DNA of 63,554 nucleotides, counting the filler. It is 6 parts of 6 records of this genome, joined end to end, with 100 filler letters (N's around TTAATTAATTAA, not from the genome) between each part and the next. Parts side by side here need not be neighbours in the genome. Positions count along the whole stretch, not along the records: positions 40,295 to 58,376 come from SRR2962707_4436; positions 58,477 to 63,554 come from SRR2962707_4468; 4 more parts are not named here. One strand, 5' to 3'. Under the pieces are notes generated by a model. The model did no database searches. It was not told the DNA's origin and saw only the letters and a list, made by a program, of their open reading frames with translations. A program made the translations under genes and the position numbers. Of the stretch, positions 52,984 to 62,279 are shown piece after piece; position 1 is the stretch's first letter, and each line of letters starts with the position of its first letter.

Positions 52984-53463
52984 ATGATCACGTTGATCGT
53001 TGCCAAAGCGTTAAACGGTGCCATCGGGCGTGACGGCACCATTCCGTGGCAGGTGCCCGAAGACCTGAAATCGTTTCAGCGCGAAACGCTTGGCGGGGCG
53101 CTGATCATGGGGCGCAACACATGGGATAGCCTTCCGTTCAGGCCGCTGCCCAAGCGTTTGAATATTGTGGTATCTTCCCGTGCTGATGCCGCCGATATTG
53201 TGGTGCCAACTGTGGCAGATGGCATCGCGCTGGCGTCCGAACAGGGGTATGATCGGATCTATGGCATTGGCGGTGCCGGCATTTACCAAGAGATGCTAGG
53301 GCTTGCCGACAGGTTGCTTATCTCCGAAGTCGACGTCGAAATTCCGGACGCCGATACGTTTTTCCCGACCTTCGAGCCAGCGAACTGGCGCGCCGTGAAC
53401 GACCGTGTGCTGCGCGAGGCAGAGCCAAGATGCACCGTTCGCGAGTATTTGCGGGCGAGGTGA
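52984..53463 (+). CDS. folA: Dihydrofolate reductase
   Basis: IG.DG.IPW..PEDL..F, MGRNTWDSL..RPLP.R.N, IGGAGIY, ADTFFP. Confidence 0.95.
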   Translation: MITLIVAKALNGAIGRDGTIPWQVPEDLKSFQRETLGGALIMGRNTWDSLPFRPLPKRLNIVVSSRADAADIVVPTVADGIALASEQGYDRIYGIGGAGIYQEMLGLADRLLISEVDVEIPDADTFFPTFEPANWRAVNDRVLREAEPRCTVREYLRAR

Positions 53464-53466
53464 AAC

Positions 53467-53492
53467 CGCGCGTGGGTTGGCACCCACCCTAC
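53467..53492 (-). repeat. GTAG-family REP-like palindrome
   Basis: Reverse complement GTAGG-GTGGGT-GCCA-ACCCAC-GCG. Confidence 0.5.
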
Positions 53493-53680
53493 GTCCGTAC
53501 GGTGGGGTAATGGTAAATAAGCAAGCAATAGCAATGCCTTAAGGTCACCTATGGGTAACCTTGTGGCATGGCTGTCTATGCTTTGCCGATCGGGTTAGTT
53601 TGATTGTGGCCTAAAAGGGGTGGACTTGGCGACCGCCACTGTTCAAAATTAACCAAAAGCGGAAAGAAGGAGAGGGTAAT

Positions 53681-53953
53681 ATGCGTGTTCCAACAGCACT
53701 GATCGCCGGGCTCGGCATGATGGGGGCGATCTGTTTGCCAGCTCAAGTCCTGGCCGACGCGAAGGTTTACCCTTACGCCTCTAATGTGAATTATTGCCCT
53801 GCCGGTCTTCAGCCGGTCACCGTGGAGGGTGCCATCAGCTGCGGCACGCCAAACCAGACCATGACCTATCAGCAGGTCAAGGCACATCCGGTAAAGCACA
53901 GACGCGGCCGGGCGCGGTATTCCTGCTTACCGGGCGAAAAAGGCTGCCGCTAA
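53681..53953 (+). CDS. Small secreted 4-Cys protein
   Basis: Strong RBS AGGAG, signal peptide, NYCPAGLQPV...CG...C.PGEKGC. Confidence 0.75.
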   Translation: MRVPTALIAGLGMMGAICLPAQVLADAKVYPYASNVNYCPAGLQPVTVEGAISCGTPNQTMTYQQVKAHPVKHRRGRARYSCLPGEKGCR

Positions 53954-54006
53954 TCACCGCAGCCCAACTGGCGCATAGGCCCGATGCTGACAGATCGGCG
54001 GCTGCC

Positions 54007-54213
54007 TTACAAAAGGCTGAGGTCCGTCGCCATTTGACGTCCATCGCGACCGTCAGACAATTCGAATGAAACTTTCTGATTGTCGGCAAGACCAGTCAAA
54101 CCCGATCCTTCCACGGCTGAAATGTGCACAAACACATCGTTGCCGCCGCCCTCTGGTGCGATAAATCCATACCCTTTGGTCGTGTTAAACCATTTAACGG
54201 TTCCTGTTGGCAT
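54007..54213 (-). CDS. cspA: Cold-shock protein
   Basis: GTVKWFNTTKGYGFI, DVFVHISA. Confidence 0.93.
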   Translation of the reverse strand: MPTGTVKWFNTTKGYGFIAPEGGGNDVFVHISAVEGSGLTGLADNQKVSFELSDGRDGRQMATDLSLL

Positions 54214-54380
54214 GTCCTTCGGTGCCTCCTGTTGAGTAGTTCGCAGTGCCGTAGTATTTAGGCGCAACCAAGGTTAATTGGTTGAGCTACATCAAAACAT
54301 CGTCTGGTTTAGGCAAAAATCAAGAAAATTCCCGGTGTAGTCGTGCTGCGCGGGTGAAAATCTTAAGGAAACGACAAGAT

Positions 54381-54695
54381 ATGATCATTTACGGGCTGAA
54401 AAACTGCGATACCTGCCGCAAGGCTGTCAAAGCATTGCCGGCGGCCCAACTGGTCGATGTGCGGGCAGAGGGCGTTCCGGATGACGTGATGCAGCGGGCG
54501 TTCGCGCAATTTGGCGCGGCGCTGTTGAACACGCGGTCAACCACGTGGCGCGGGTTGGACGCGGGCGAACGGGACGCCGATCCGCTGGTGTTGATCGCGC
54601 AGCATCCTGCGTTGATGAAGCGGCCGTTGATCGACGATGGTGGCACGCTGCATCTGGGATGGACCAAGCAGGTGCAGGACGCGTTTGGCGTTTAG
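54381..54695 (+). CDS. ArsC/Spx (YffB-like) family protein
   Basis: YGLKNCDTCRKA, LNTRSTTWR, P.LMKRP. Confidence 0.88.
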   Translation: MIIYGLKNCDTCRKAVKALPAAQLVDVRAEGVPDDVMQRAFAQFGAALLNTRSTTWRGLDAGERDADPLVLIAQHPALMKRPLIDDGGTLHLGWTKQVQDAFGV

Positions 54696-55237
54696 CGGCG
54701 GCGCATCATCACGAGCAGTTTATCAAGGGATAGCGGGCCCGCGCCTTTGATCAAAAGCGTGACCAGCAGCAGCAACCACAGTGCGCGCTGGTCCAGAATT
54801 GCGGCATCGGGGATGCGATCAAACCAGCGACCCAAGGCATCATATTGACCGTGCCCGAAGATGTCAGTCGCCGATTGAAGGGCGACAAAGCCGATCATGC
54901 CGAAAGCGGCGAAACGGGTGAATAACCCCGCCACGATCAGCACCGGCAGCAAAAATTCGGCGGCAATGCCCGCAATAACCACCGCGTGGTGGAACAGGCC
55001 AAGCGCCGAGGTGTCATAGCCAGCATTTGCGAAGGCTTGCGGGAAAATCTGGATGTAAGCGCCCGCACTTGGGGTCAGTACGCCGATGGCACCGTCCCCC
55101 AATTTGGTCACACCGGAATTCAGAAAATAGACGGCCAAGACCGCCGCAAACACCAGCCGTGCAAGTGTTGCCAGAAGCCAATCCTGGCGGAACAGTCGTG
55201 CGGCGGCACCGTCATAGACGTTAAGAATTTGTTGCAT
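54692..55237 (-). CDS. DoxX family membrane protein (BufD-like)
   Basis: [21 protein letters not shown]; last gene of the MNIO operon. Confidence 0.85.
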   Translation of the reverse strand: MQQILNVYDGAAARLFRQDWLLATLARLVFAAVLAVYFLNSGVTKLGDGAIGVLTPSAGAYIQIFPQAFANAGYDTSALGLFHHAVVIAGIAAEFLLPVLIVAGLFTRFAAFGMIGFVALQSATDIFGHGQYDALGRWFDRIPDAAILDQRALWLLLLVTLLIKGAGPLSLDKLLVMMRRR

Positions 55238-55988
55238 CTGCGGCCCCTTCATTTGCGCAAAAGGCGTTGCTGGCAAAGGCGACGGCTAATGCGGCACCCA
55301 AATCAAATTCGGGGGTTTGCACGACCGTTGCATCATGCGCCTGAACCAAGGTTTTGCCCTGATCGAGATGCTGCAACCAATCGGCGGCACCGGGGGGCAA
55401 CAGCCTTGGTTCCGGGTCGAATTCGACCCTTGTGATGATCACGTCTTGGGGCTGCATTTGCGGCTTTGGCGCATCCTTGACCATGTTGAAACGCCAGATA
55501 TCAAACAGGGGCCAAGATGAGGTTAAGACCCGTGTCGCAGGGGCGCGCGTGAGCGTCTGTGCCATCATCGCATCCTGCGGCAACTGCTGAAATGCGCCCA
55601 GATCAAACGCGGGGGCATCGGCCGCGTGGTAGGATGCCCGCATCGCCAGATCAAGCCGCGCGCAATCGGGAAGATAGCCGAATTTATCAAGCTGCGGCAG
55701 TTGCTTGAGGAATGCGGGGAATGCGTTTCCGTAATGCATCATCAAGGGCGATGTCGGCGGGTGTGCCCGCACATATAGCGGCGCGAGGCTGTCGAAACTT
55801 TGCCCACCCAGTATTTTGCGCACCAAGGGAAATGCGGTTTGCAATGCTGCGATCAGCGAATGGGTGACGTTGTTGCGGTAGACGTCATAGCGTTTGCCAG
55901 CGGCGGAACCATCAGGGCCTTCAAGTCCGTCCGGCACGCAAGCCAAAGGGTCAAGCAACCCGGCGCGGAAATCGTTCTGGTCTGTCAT
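55221..55988 (-). CDS. DUF2063 MNIO partner protein (BufC/HvfC-like)
   Basis: [14 protein letters not shown]...FP, PP.SP....YG..FP.FL, YHAADA. Confidence 0.88.
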   Translation of the reverse strand: MTDQNDFRAGLLDPLACVPDGLEGPDGSAAGKRYDVYRNNVTHSLIAALQTAFPLVRKILGGQSFDSLAPLYVRAHPPTSPLMMHYGNAFPAFLKQLPQLDKFGYLPDCARLDLAMRASYHAADAPAFDLGAFQQLPQDAMMAQTLTRAPATRVLTSSWPLFDIWRFNMVKDAPKPQMQPQDVIITRVEFDPEPRLLPPGAADWLQHLDQGKTLVQAHDATVVQTPEFDLGAALAVAFASNAFCANEGAADATNS

Positions 55989-56833
55989 AGGGCCAGTGCA
56001 CGGGCGGCGCGCTGTGCCTCGGCCCGCAGGGTGGGCCAATCGGGCACATCATTGTCCCATTCGACCAACACCGGTTTGGGGCCGGTCCGCGCAAGGGTGT
56101 AATCCAGCAAGGCCCAGACGGGATCAACCACGGGTTTGCCATGGCTGTCGATCAGCAGGGGCGCACCGGCATCATCGGTGTCTTCGTCGTGGCCGCCGAC
56201 ATGGATTTCGCCCACGTGCGCCAGCGGATAGGCATCTATATATTGCTGTGCTGACAGGCCAAGATTGGTGGCTGAGATAAAGACGTTATTGACGTCCAGC
56301 AGCAGCCCGCATCCGGTTTTGCGCACCAGTTCGGCCAGAAAATCGGTCTCGGACAGGGTGGATTCAGCAAAGGCCAGATAGCTGGACGGGTTTTCGAGCA
56401 GCATCTGACGGCCAAGGGTGTCTTGGACCTGACCGATGTGGCTGGCGACGCGGTTCAATGTGGCGTCGGTATAGGGCAGGGGCAGCAGATCGTTCAGAAA
56501 CTCGGCCCCGTGGGTCGACCATGCAAGATGTTCGGAAAAGCTGGCAGGCTGCGCCCAATCACATAGCTTTTTCAGCCGGTTAAGGTGATCGCGGTCCAGC
56601 GGGGTTTCACCCCCGATGCTGAGGCCCACACCATGCACGGACAGGGCAAAGCGTTTCGACAATGCACGTAGCTGGGCAAGCGGGCGGCCACCATCACCCA
56701 TATAGTTTTCGGCGTGGATCTCGACCCATTCAACAGGGCCGGGATCATCTTGTAAGTCACTGAAATGTTGGGGCTTATAGCCAACCCCCGGGCTGGCGGG
56801 CAGTCGGTCAAAGCGGCGTTGACTGTCCAGCAT
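55985..56833 (-). CDS. DUF692 multinuclear non-heme iron oxidative enzyme (MNIO, BufB-like)
   Basis: [48 protein letters not shown]. Confidence 0.95.
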   Translation of the reverse strand: MLDSQRRFDRLPASPGVGYKPQHFSDLQDDPGPVEWVEIHAENYMGDGGRPLAQLRALSKRFALSVHGVGLSIGGETPLDRDHLNRLKKLCDWAQPASFSEHLAWSTHGAEFLNDLLPLPYTDATLNRVASHIGQVQDTLGRQMLLENPSSYLAFAESTLSETDFLAELVRKTGCGLLLDVNNVFISATNLGLSAQQYIDAYPLAHVGEIHVGGHDEDTDDAGAPLLIDSHGKPVVDPVWALLDYTLARTGPKPVLVEWDNDVPDWPTLRAEAQRAARALAL

Positions 56834-56869
56834 GACGCGCGCTCCCTTTGGGGCTTCAAGTGTAAGAAA

Positions 56870-56896
56870 CGCAGGCGGCGATTGCCACCGCCTGCG
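56870..56896. promoter_or_regulatory. GC stem-loop between precursor and MNIO genes
   Basis: CGCAGGCGG-9nt-CCGCCTGCG. Confidence 0.6.
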
Positions 56897-56908
56897 GCAA
56901 TTTTTGTT

Positions 56909-57211
56909 TTATGCAGGCAGGTCGCGATCGAGCGCTTCGAGCGAGCCTTTGCGCGCGGAACCGTCGGCCATTTCAGGCAGTTCCATGGATTCGCACGTGC
57001 CTGCGTCAACCAGTTTCCAAGAATTACCTTGGTAATCAGTCACGGAGGAACCCGCGCATGTTGTACCCGGACCGGCGGCGCAATCATTGGCACCGGCCAG
57101 CGCTACACCATAGCATTTTTCCTTTGCGGCAGCGTCGGCAGGCGTGCTGTGGGCGGCCATGGCGGCGGCAACGGCACCGGCGACGGCGAATGTTTTCATT
57201 GTGTTGGACAT
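56909..57211 (-). CDS. DUF2282 bufferin-type (BufA1) RiPP precursor
   Basis: Sec signal, then [23 protein letters not shown]...GN.WKLV.AGTC; RBS AGGAGG. Confidence 0.92.
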   Translation of the reverse strand: MSNTMKTFAVAGAVAAAMAAHSTPADAAAKEKCYGVALAGANDCAAGPGTTCAGSSVTDYQGNSWKLVDAGTCESMELPEMADGSARKGSLEALDRDLPA

Positions 57212-57392
57212 TTTGTATTCCTCCTGATGGTCTGGTTGGTGTTTTGTATTCGTATCTTAGTTAAGCCCATGTTGATGTGACAAAGCTATTCACGTCAAAG
57301 TGTCTCACATGAACGTCAGGAAAACCGCTGTTTTTTTGTAATATTTGGCAGAAAAACACCTAAAACGGGTTTTTCGTTGAAACAAACTGTCA

Positions 57393-57424
57393 CATCCGGG
57401 CGGGTATGTTTTGCCGCCCGGATG
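57393..57424 (-). terminator. Stem-loop after thrS, probable terminator
   Basis: CATCCGGGCGG-10nt-CCGCCCGGATG. Confidence 0.65.
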
Positions 57425-57442
57425 GGTTTGTTACAGAAAATT

Positions 57443-58376
57443 TTAGCGCAAATCGGGCGGTGTTGCCTCGACCTTGAGGGCTGCGGCCACATCAGCAAGG
57501 GATTGGACAGAGGTCTGTTTTTCCCCAAGGCGGCGCACAGATACGGTTTTCTCTTCGACCTCGCGGGCACCCACAGCAAGGATAACGGGCACTTTGCCGA
57601 CCGAATGTTCACGCACTTTATAGTTGATCTTTTCGTTGCGAATGTCGGCCTCGGCGCGGACACCTGCAGCGGTCAGGGTTTCAATCACCTCGCGCACGTA
57701 ATCATCCGCCTCGGAGGTGATGGACGCCACAACGACCTGACGCGGGGCCAGCCAGAACGGCAGCTTGCCTGCGTGTTCTTCGATCAGGATGCCGATGAAA
57801 CGTTCAAACGATCCCAAGGTTGCGCGGTGCAGCATGACGGGGCGATGTTTCGCACCATCAGACCCGACAAAGGTTGCGTCCAGCCGTTCGGGCAGCACGA
57901 AATCCACCTGATGGGTGCCACATTGCCAGTCACGGCCAATCGCGTCGGTCAGCACGAACTCCAGTTTCGGGCCATAGAACGCACCTTCGCCGGGGTTGAT
58001 CTCGGGCTCGATCCCGGCTTTGCGGGTCGCAGACAACAGGGCTGCTTCGGCTTTGTCCCATACCTCGTCCGATCCGGCGCGGGTTTCGGGGCGGTCCGAG
58101 AATTTGACTTTAAAGTTTTCGAACCCGAGGTCTTTGTAGATCGCGGACAGGAATTCGATGTAGATCAGGGTCTCTTCCTCGATCTGGTCCTCGCGGCAGA
58201 AGATGTGACCATCGTCTTGGGTAAAGCCGCGTACGCGCATGATGCCGTGCAACGCGCCCGAGGGTTCATAGCGGTTGCACGAACCGAATTCGGCCATGCG
58301 CAACGGCAGGTCGCGATAGGATTTCATGCCCTGATTAAAGATCTGCACGTGGCAGGGGCAGTTCATCGGTTTCAGC
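57443..58376 (-). CDS. thrS: Threonyl-tRNA synthetase, 3' partial
   Basis: [53 protein letters not shown]. Confidence 0.97.
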
Positions 58377-58476
58377 NNNNNNNNNNNNNNNNNNNNNNNN
58401 NNNNNNNNNNNNNNNNNNNNTTAATTAATTAANNNNNNNNNNNNNNNNNNNNNNNNNNNNNNNNNNNNNNNNNNNN
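58377..58476. other. Artificial contig spacer
   Basis: N44-TTAATTAATTAA-N44. Confidence 0.98.
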
Positions 58477-58506
58477 CTTCAGCGCTCAAAATAACCTGAC
58501 AATGCC
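58477..58506. mobile_element. Probable IS6-family terminal inverted repeat
   Basis: Ends ...AACCTGACAATGCC (reverse complement GGCATTGTCAGG); the integrase frame has a stop within this stretch. Confidence 0.5.
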
Positions 58507-58904
58507 ACCTGCAGAGCGAGCGCTTGATCCCCGTGCATGACCATCTGATCGAGCTCGGTATCCTTGTTCATCAGGAACGCATGCAGCTTCGCGGTGAAAA
58601 GTACCTCTTCCCGGAATTGCAGCCGACCAGTTCGAAAAAGAAATTCACGTCTGCACTTCGTTACAACTGGGAGAAGATCCGCGACATTCAGCTCGACGGA
58701 AATCCCCGAAAACTAGATGGGCACAGCCTTCGCCATTCCTTCAACCATCTTTTGAAACTTGAGAAATCGATCTCGAAAGAAGTCCGCCTCGATATTCTTG
58801 GACATGCCGGTGTCGACCTCAACGAGGAAGTTTATGGCGATGAAAATGGAATGCCCTTCCACCTCGAAAAAGATGCAATCGATTTATTGCCTCGAATTTT
58901 CTGA
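58507..58904 (+). pseudogene. Tyrosine recombinase/integrase C-terminal fragment
   Basis: QSERLIPVH..LIELG, LFPEL, HSLRH, ILGH...VY; in-frame TGA upstream at 58497. Confidence 0.8.
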
Positions 58905-59060
58905 GATTTCCGTCTCTTATGAATTCAGGTATAGGGATATTCGATAAATGCGCTTGTTTTAATCCATTCGGACAAAGTCGCTTATAGGATAGTAATTTAA
59001 TCAGCTCTCGTCTCGTTTCTCATGCATATCCGGGATAGAAATTAAGCACTGAAATTTTCA

Positions 59061-60842
59061 TCAGAGCTCAAGATCAAGATCGGTATCTGTGCCGTCTTTA
59101 AACCTCTCTGACAGTTGATCACGGCCTGGATATACAGCCGTTGAGATAATTTCCTTTGCGTACTGCAACCAAGCCGCATCTGGGAATACCCCATAGATGG
59201 GAAGGGTGATACTTGCCTTGCTGTTGCTTATGACCAAGGATTCAGATCCGTCGGCATTGCGTTCGAAAGCAACCGGTTTTGGGGTTCCGCATATCTCAGT
59301 CACCATCACCCGGACCGCATTCAACCAGTCGGCGCGGGATGCGGAGGCAGACCCAGCGTTGCGATCTGGTGTGAGACCGCTGCCCTCGTATCCCTCTGTT
59401 CTGAGATGAAAGTTTCGATCAGCAGCGCGGTGCGGTCTTCGAATTCCGCCATGTCCGTTTTCGTGGCCGTGTTGCCCAGACGGGGGACGGTTTCTTGCAT
59501 GATCCGGGCGGCCCGCTCCATCGATACCTCGATGCGTTCGAGCTCTTCCAGAAACCGGTCCAGACGCTCCGCCAGAGGGGACGAGCTCTCGCGCTCCAGA
59601 AGTGTCTCGAGCAGTTCGATCAGGCGCTCCATGCGCAGTTCCATGGTGCTGATGGATGTAGTGGGCATCGATTGTCTCCAGGATGTTTGCGATCTTCTGA
59701 ACGCGGTCAAGGTTAAGGAGGCGCAGGCGGCGGGTCGCGTTGAAAGTGTCCAACGCCGCCCACAGCCTTGCCTCGAACTGCATGATGAAAGTTTGTAGCC
59801 GGGTCGCGAGACTTGCCAGCTTTCGCGGTCGCGGGGAGAGGCCGGAGGCTGGTGGCTGCGGCATGGGAGAAGCACGCAACAGAGCCCTGTTGGCCTCTGC
59901 GCGCCGGATCATCGCGTCGCGCACGCGCTCCGGTGCCAGAGCGATCTCTCTCTGTCTTGCGAGCATGGCGTCGAACGGGTCTCTTGCATCTTCGGCTCCA
60001 TCACCCAGCGCGGCACCGCGAAAGGTAACCCGCTGCCCGGATTCGTGAAGCGGTCCACAAGTGATGCCGTCGACGCTCTCGCTTGTGATCCCCCACTGGA
60101 AAGGGGCTAGACCCTGAGCGACTTGATCCCTGATCGTGTCTCGATCGACCGGTCCGTCTCGAATGGCCGCCCGCGCCAGCGACCAGGCTCGGAAACGAGG
60201 ATCAGCAGGGTCCACGCGGACGGGGTTTCCCGTAGCCGCCCGGCGCATCAGCTCCGCGGTCTCCTTGACCATCCATGAAGGTGGCGTGATTGCCTGTCGG
60301 CGCAACGGGCATCGGGGATCCGACCAGCCAAAATCATTGTTGATGACGTCGGTCCATGCGTCCCAATCATTCCTGCTTGCTGCGGCCGGCGGATCCGGGT
60401 TCCAGCTCCGCAATTGGCTCCCTGGCAAACCCATAGCGCGCGGCATCAGGATGTTGACCTCGAGCCGTCCGAGGTGCGTGTGGGTAGAGACTAGGAGCGG
60501 CGGCCGGGCTCTTGGTGGGATTCCCGCGAAAGCGAGTTCGAGGAACAGCCGGACAGCCTCATTGACACTGGCTCGCAGATGGGTGTCGCCAGCGTTGAAC
60601 GCTGCCGCATCTATGTCCTCTGCCGCGTAACTCAACGTGACGCAGCGGTAACGGCACCGGTATGTAAGCGCATCAATATAGCGGCGTACCAGATCGGGAT
60701 TGCCGAATAGGATCTCGGGGAGAGGATTGCGGCAGATCTCGACTTTCTGACCAGCGGCGGTTTTCACGACAGTTGCGTCAAGGAGGTAACTGACGACACT
60801 GCATCCCGGACCGCGCTGATGCTTCGACCAGACCAGAATCAT
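59061..60842 (-). CDS. MOB_HEN (ColE1 MbeA-like) relaxase
   Basis: G...VSYLL (motif I Tyr), L.GNP......ID.....RY...LS, HTHLGRLEVNILMP (HEN motif), W.DP..P. Confidence 0.85.
   Translation of the reverse strand: MILVWSKHQRGPGCSVVSYLLDATVVKTAAGQKVEICRNPLPEILFGNPDLVRRYIDALTYRCRYRCVTLSYAAEDIDAAAFNAGDTHLRASVNEAVRLFLELAFAGIPPRARPPLLVSTHTHLGRLEVNILMPRAMGLPGSQLRSWNPDPPAAASRNDWDAWTDVINNDFGWSDPRCPLRRQAITPPSWMVKETAELMRRAATGNPVRVDPADPRFRAWSLARAAIRDGPVDRDTIRDQVAQGLAPFQWGITSESVDGITCGPLHESGQRVTFRGAALGDGAEDARDPFDAMLARQREIALAPERVRDAMIRRAEANRALLRASPMPQPPASGLSPRPRKLASLATRLQTFIMQFEARLWAALDTFNATRRLRLLNLDRVQKIANILETIDAHYIHQHHGTAHGAPDRTARDTSGARELVPSGGASGPVSGRARTHRGIDGAGRPDHARNRPPSGQHGHENGHGGIRRPHRAADRNFHLRTEGYEGSGLTPDRNAGSASASRADWLNAVRVMVTEICGTPKPVAFERNADGSESLVISNSKASITLPIYGVFPDAAWLQYAKEIISTAVYPGRDQLSERFKDGTDTDLDLEL
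59321..59668 (-). CDS. Helical protein nested out of frame in the relaxase (MbeB/MbeD-like position)
   Basis: GGAG RBS 7 nt before ATG; 115 aa amphipathic LxxLLE pattern; the overlapped relaxase frame is low-complexity. Confidence 0.65.
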   Translation of the reverse strand: MPTTSISTMELRMERLIELLETLLERESSSPLAERLDRFLEELERIEVSMERAARIMQETVPRLGNTATKTDMAEFEDRTALLIETFISEQRDTRAAVSHQIATLGLPPHPAPTG

Positions 60843-61198
60843 GCTTTAACCTTCGGGCGGTCCGCGCTGCTATCGAGCCCTTCTGTAATCTGTCCGAGTT
60901 GATTTTCGATCTCGCGCAGCGCGTGCAGCACGTCGAAAACTGCGAGATCCGAACCTGCCGTGCCAGGACCATCGGCAATTTCAGACAGAGCCGCATAACA
61001 GGCAGTCAAGAGACGGATTGCTGCAGCGATGTCCTCATCGGCTTGGTCCCGGACCCGATTCAATGCCGAGGCGACCACATGGGCAGAGACAGAACGCCCT
61101 GCTCGAACCGCCGACGTCTGGATACGCTGCCATTCGGCGTCGGTCGCATGGACACGTCTCGGTGCGGTTTTTTCATCGCGTGTCGTCCTGTGTCCCAT
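60839..61198 (-). CDS. MobC/MbeC-like ribbon-helix-helix relaxosome protein
   Basis: RVHATDAEWQRIQ..A..AG.SVSAHV; ATGA overlap with the relaxase start. Confidence 0.8.
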   Translation of the reverse strand: MGHRTTRDEKTAPRRVHATDAEWQRIQTSAVRAGRSVSAHVVASALNRVRDQADEDIAAAIRLLTACYAALSEIADGPGTAGSDLAVFDVLHALREIENQLGQITEGLDSSADRPKVKA

Positions 61199-61613
61199 GC
61201 AATCTTCCTATCTTACGGGTCCGTTCAGGGGGCCTCGCTGCTACTCCAGTCGCTCCCCCGGCTTCGTAGATAAAGATCGCGCAAAACGACGGCTGGAAGA
61301 TAGTCACATCAATTCAAAGGAGATCGAACAATATCCAGTAGTCGGGCAAAGAAAATCGGTGTCACGTAGGTAAATAAGGGCGTTCAATGAATTCGCAGCA
61401 TCGGATGCACGCGCCGATAACTTCAAAAATTGTTGCTACCGACTTTCGCTGAGAGGATGATGTGTCAGGGGTACATATTATTTTTCTGTTATTTTCGATG
61501 GCAATAGCAGGATATCACGCTGCATGAAATCAGGATGGTCGGTCCGAGAAGGATCACACCGCACCGTTCTCACCTGGCCATAGTCAGGATCAAGCGTGCC
61601 AGTACTACACGCT

Positions 61614-62039
61614 TTACCTGGCCACCCCGGCACAATCACGTGCTTCAAGATCCGCAATTCTCAGCAGCAATAGAGCGACGATCGCATCATGCGCGGTGCA
61701 TGCCGTTTCCAAGCCATCCAGCGCGTCGTTGATGGCACGACGGTGTGCAGCCAACAGGGGCCGGTGAAGGCATTCGCGTCCGTCGATGTCTTCGGCAACA
61801 AGCGTTGCAATCCGCTGCGCCAGCGGCGCGCGGTCGTCGGCATCCTGGCGAGTATGACTTCGCGCATCGCAGGGAGTATTCCGGACTTCTTGCATCAGGC
61901 GGCAGAGGCGTCCATTCCCGACCGGCCCGCTAAGGATATCGCGCGCTTCCGCATTTGACGGGATCTGACCCGTTCTGGCAATGTAGTCCCGCAGTTGGAC
62001 AAGGATATTGGAATCAGAGAAGTGAGGGACCCGGGGCAT
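61614..62039 (-). CDS. Hypothetical protein, possible KfrA-like DNA-binding N-terminus
   Basis: RBS AGAGG; GQIPSNAEARDILSG.VG..RL..LM then helical tail. Confidence 0.5.
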   Translation of the reverse strand: MPRVPHFSDSNILVQLRDYIARTGQIPSNAEARDILSGPVGNGRLCRLMQEVRNTPCDARSHTRQDADDRAPLAQRIATLVAEDIDGRECLHRPLLAAHRRAINDALDGLETACTAHDAIVALLLLRIADLEARDCAGVAR

Positions 62040-62279
62040 ATTTTTCCTCTTGATGCGGCACGGCAAAATGCCGTCCTTCATCACCAACACTAGGCGCTTA
62101 GAAACCAGGCACCACGGCAGAGCCCGAGGTTATCCACATGTATCCGATCAACTTCCAAAATCAAAAAAACCGACGCAGGCAGAACCCGGGTCGAATTGCT
62201 CATCCCACAGCCGTAGGGTTAGCTGTCGCACCCGGGGCGATGGAAATCCGCAATCTAAACGACAGAGAGAACGCCCATC

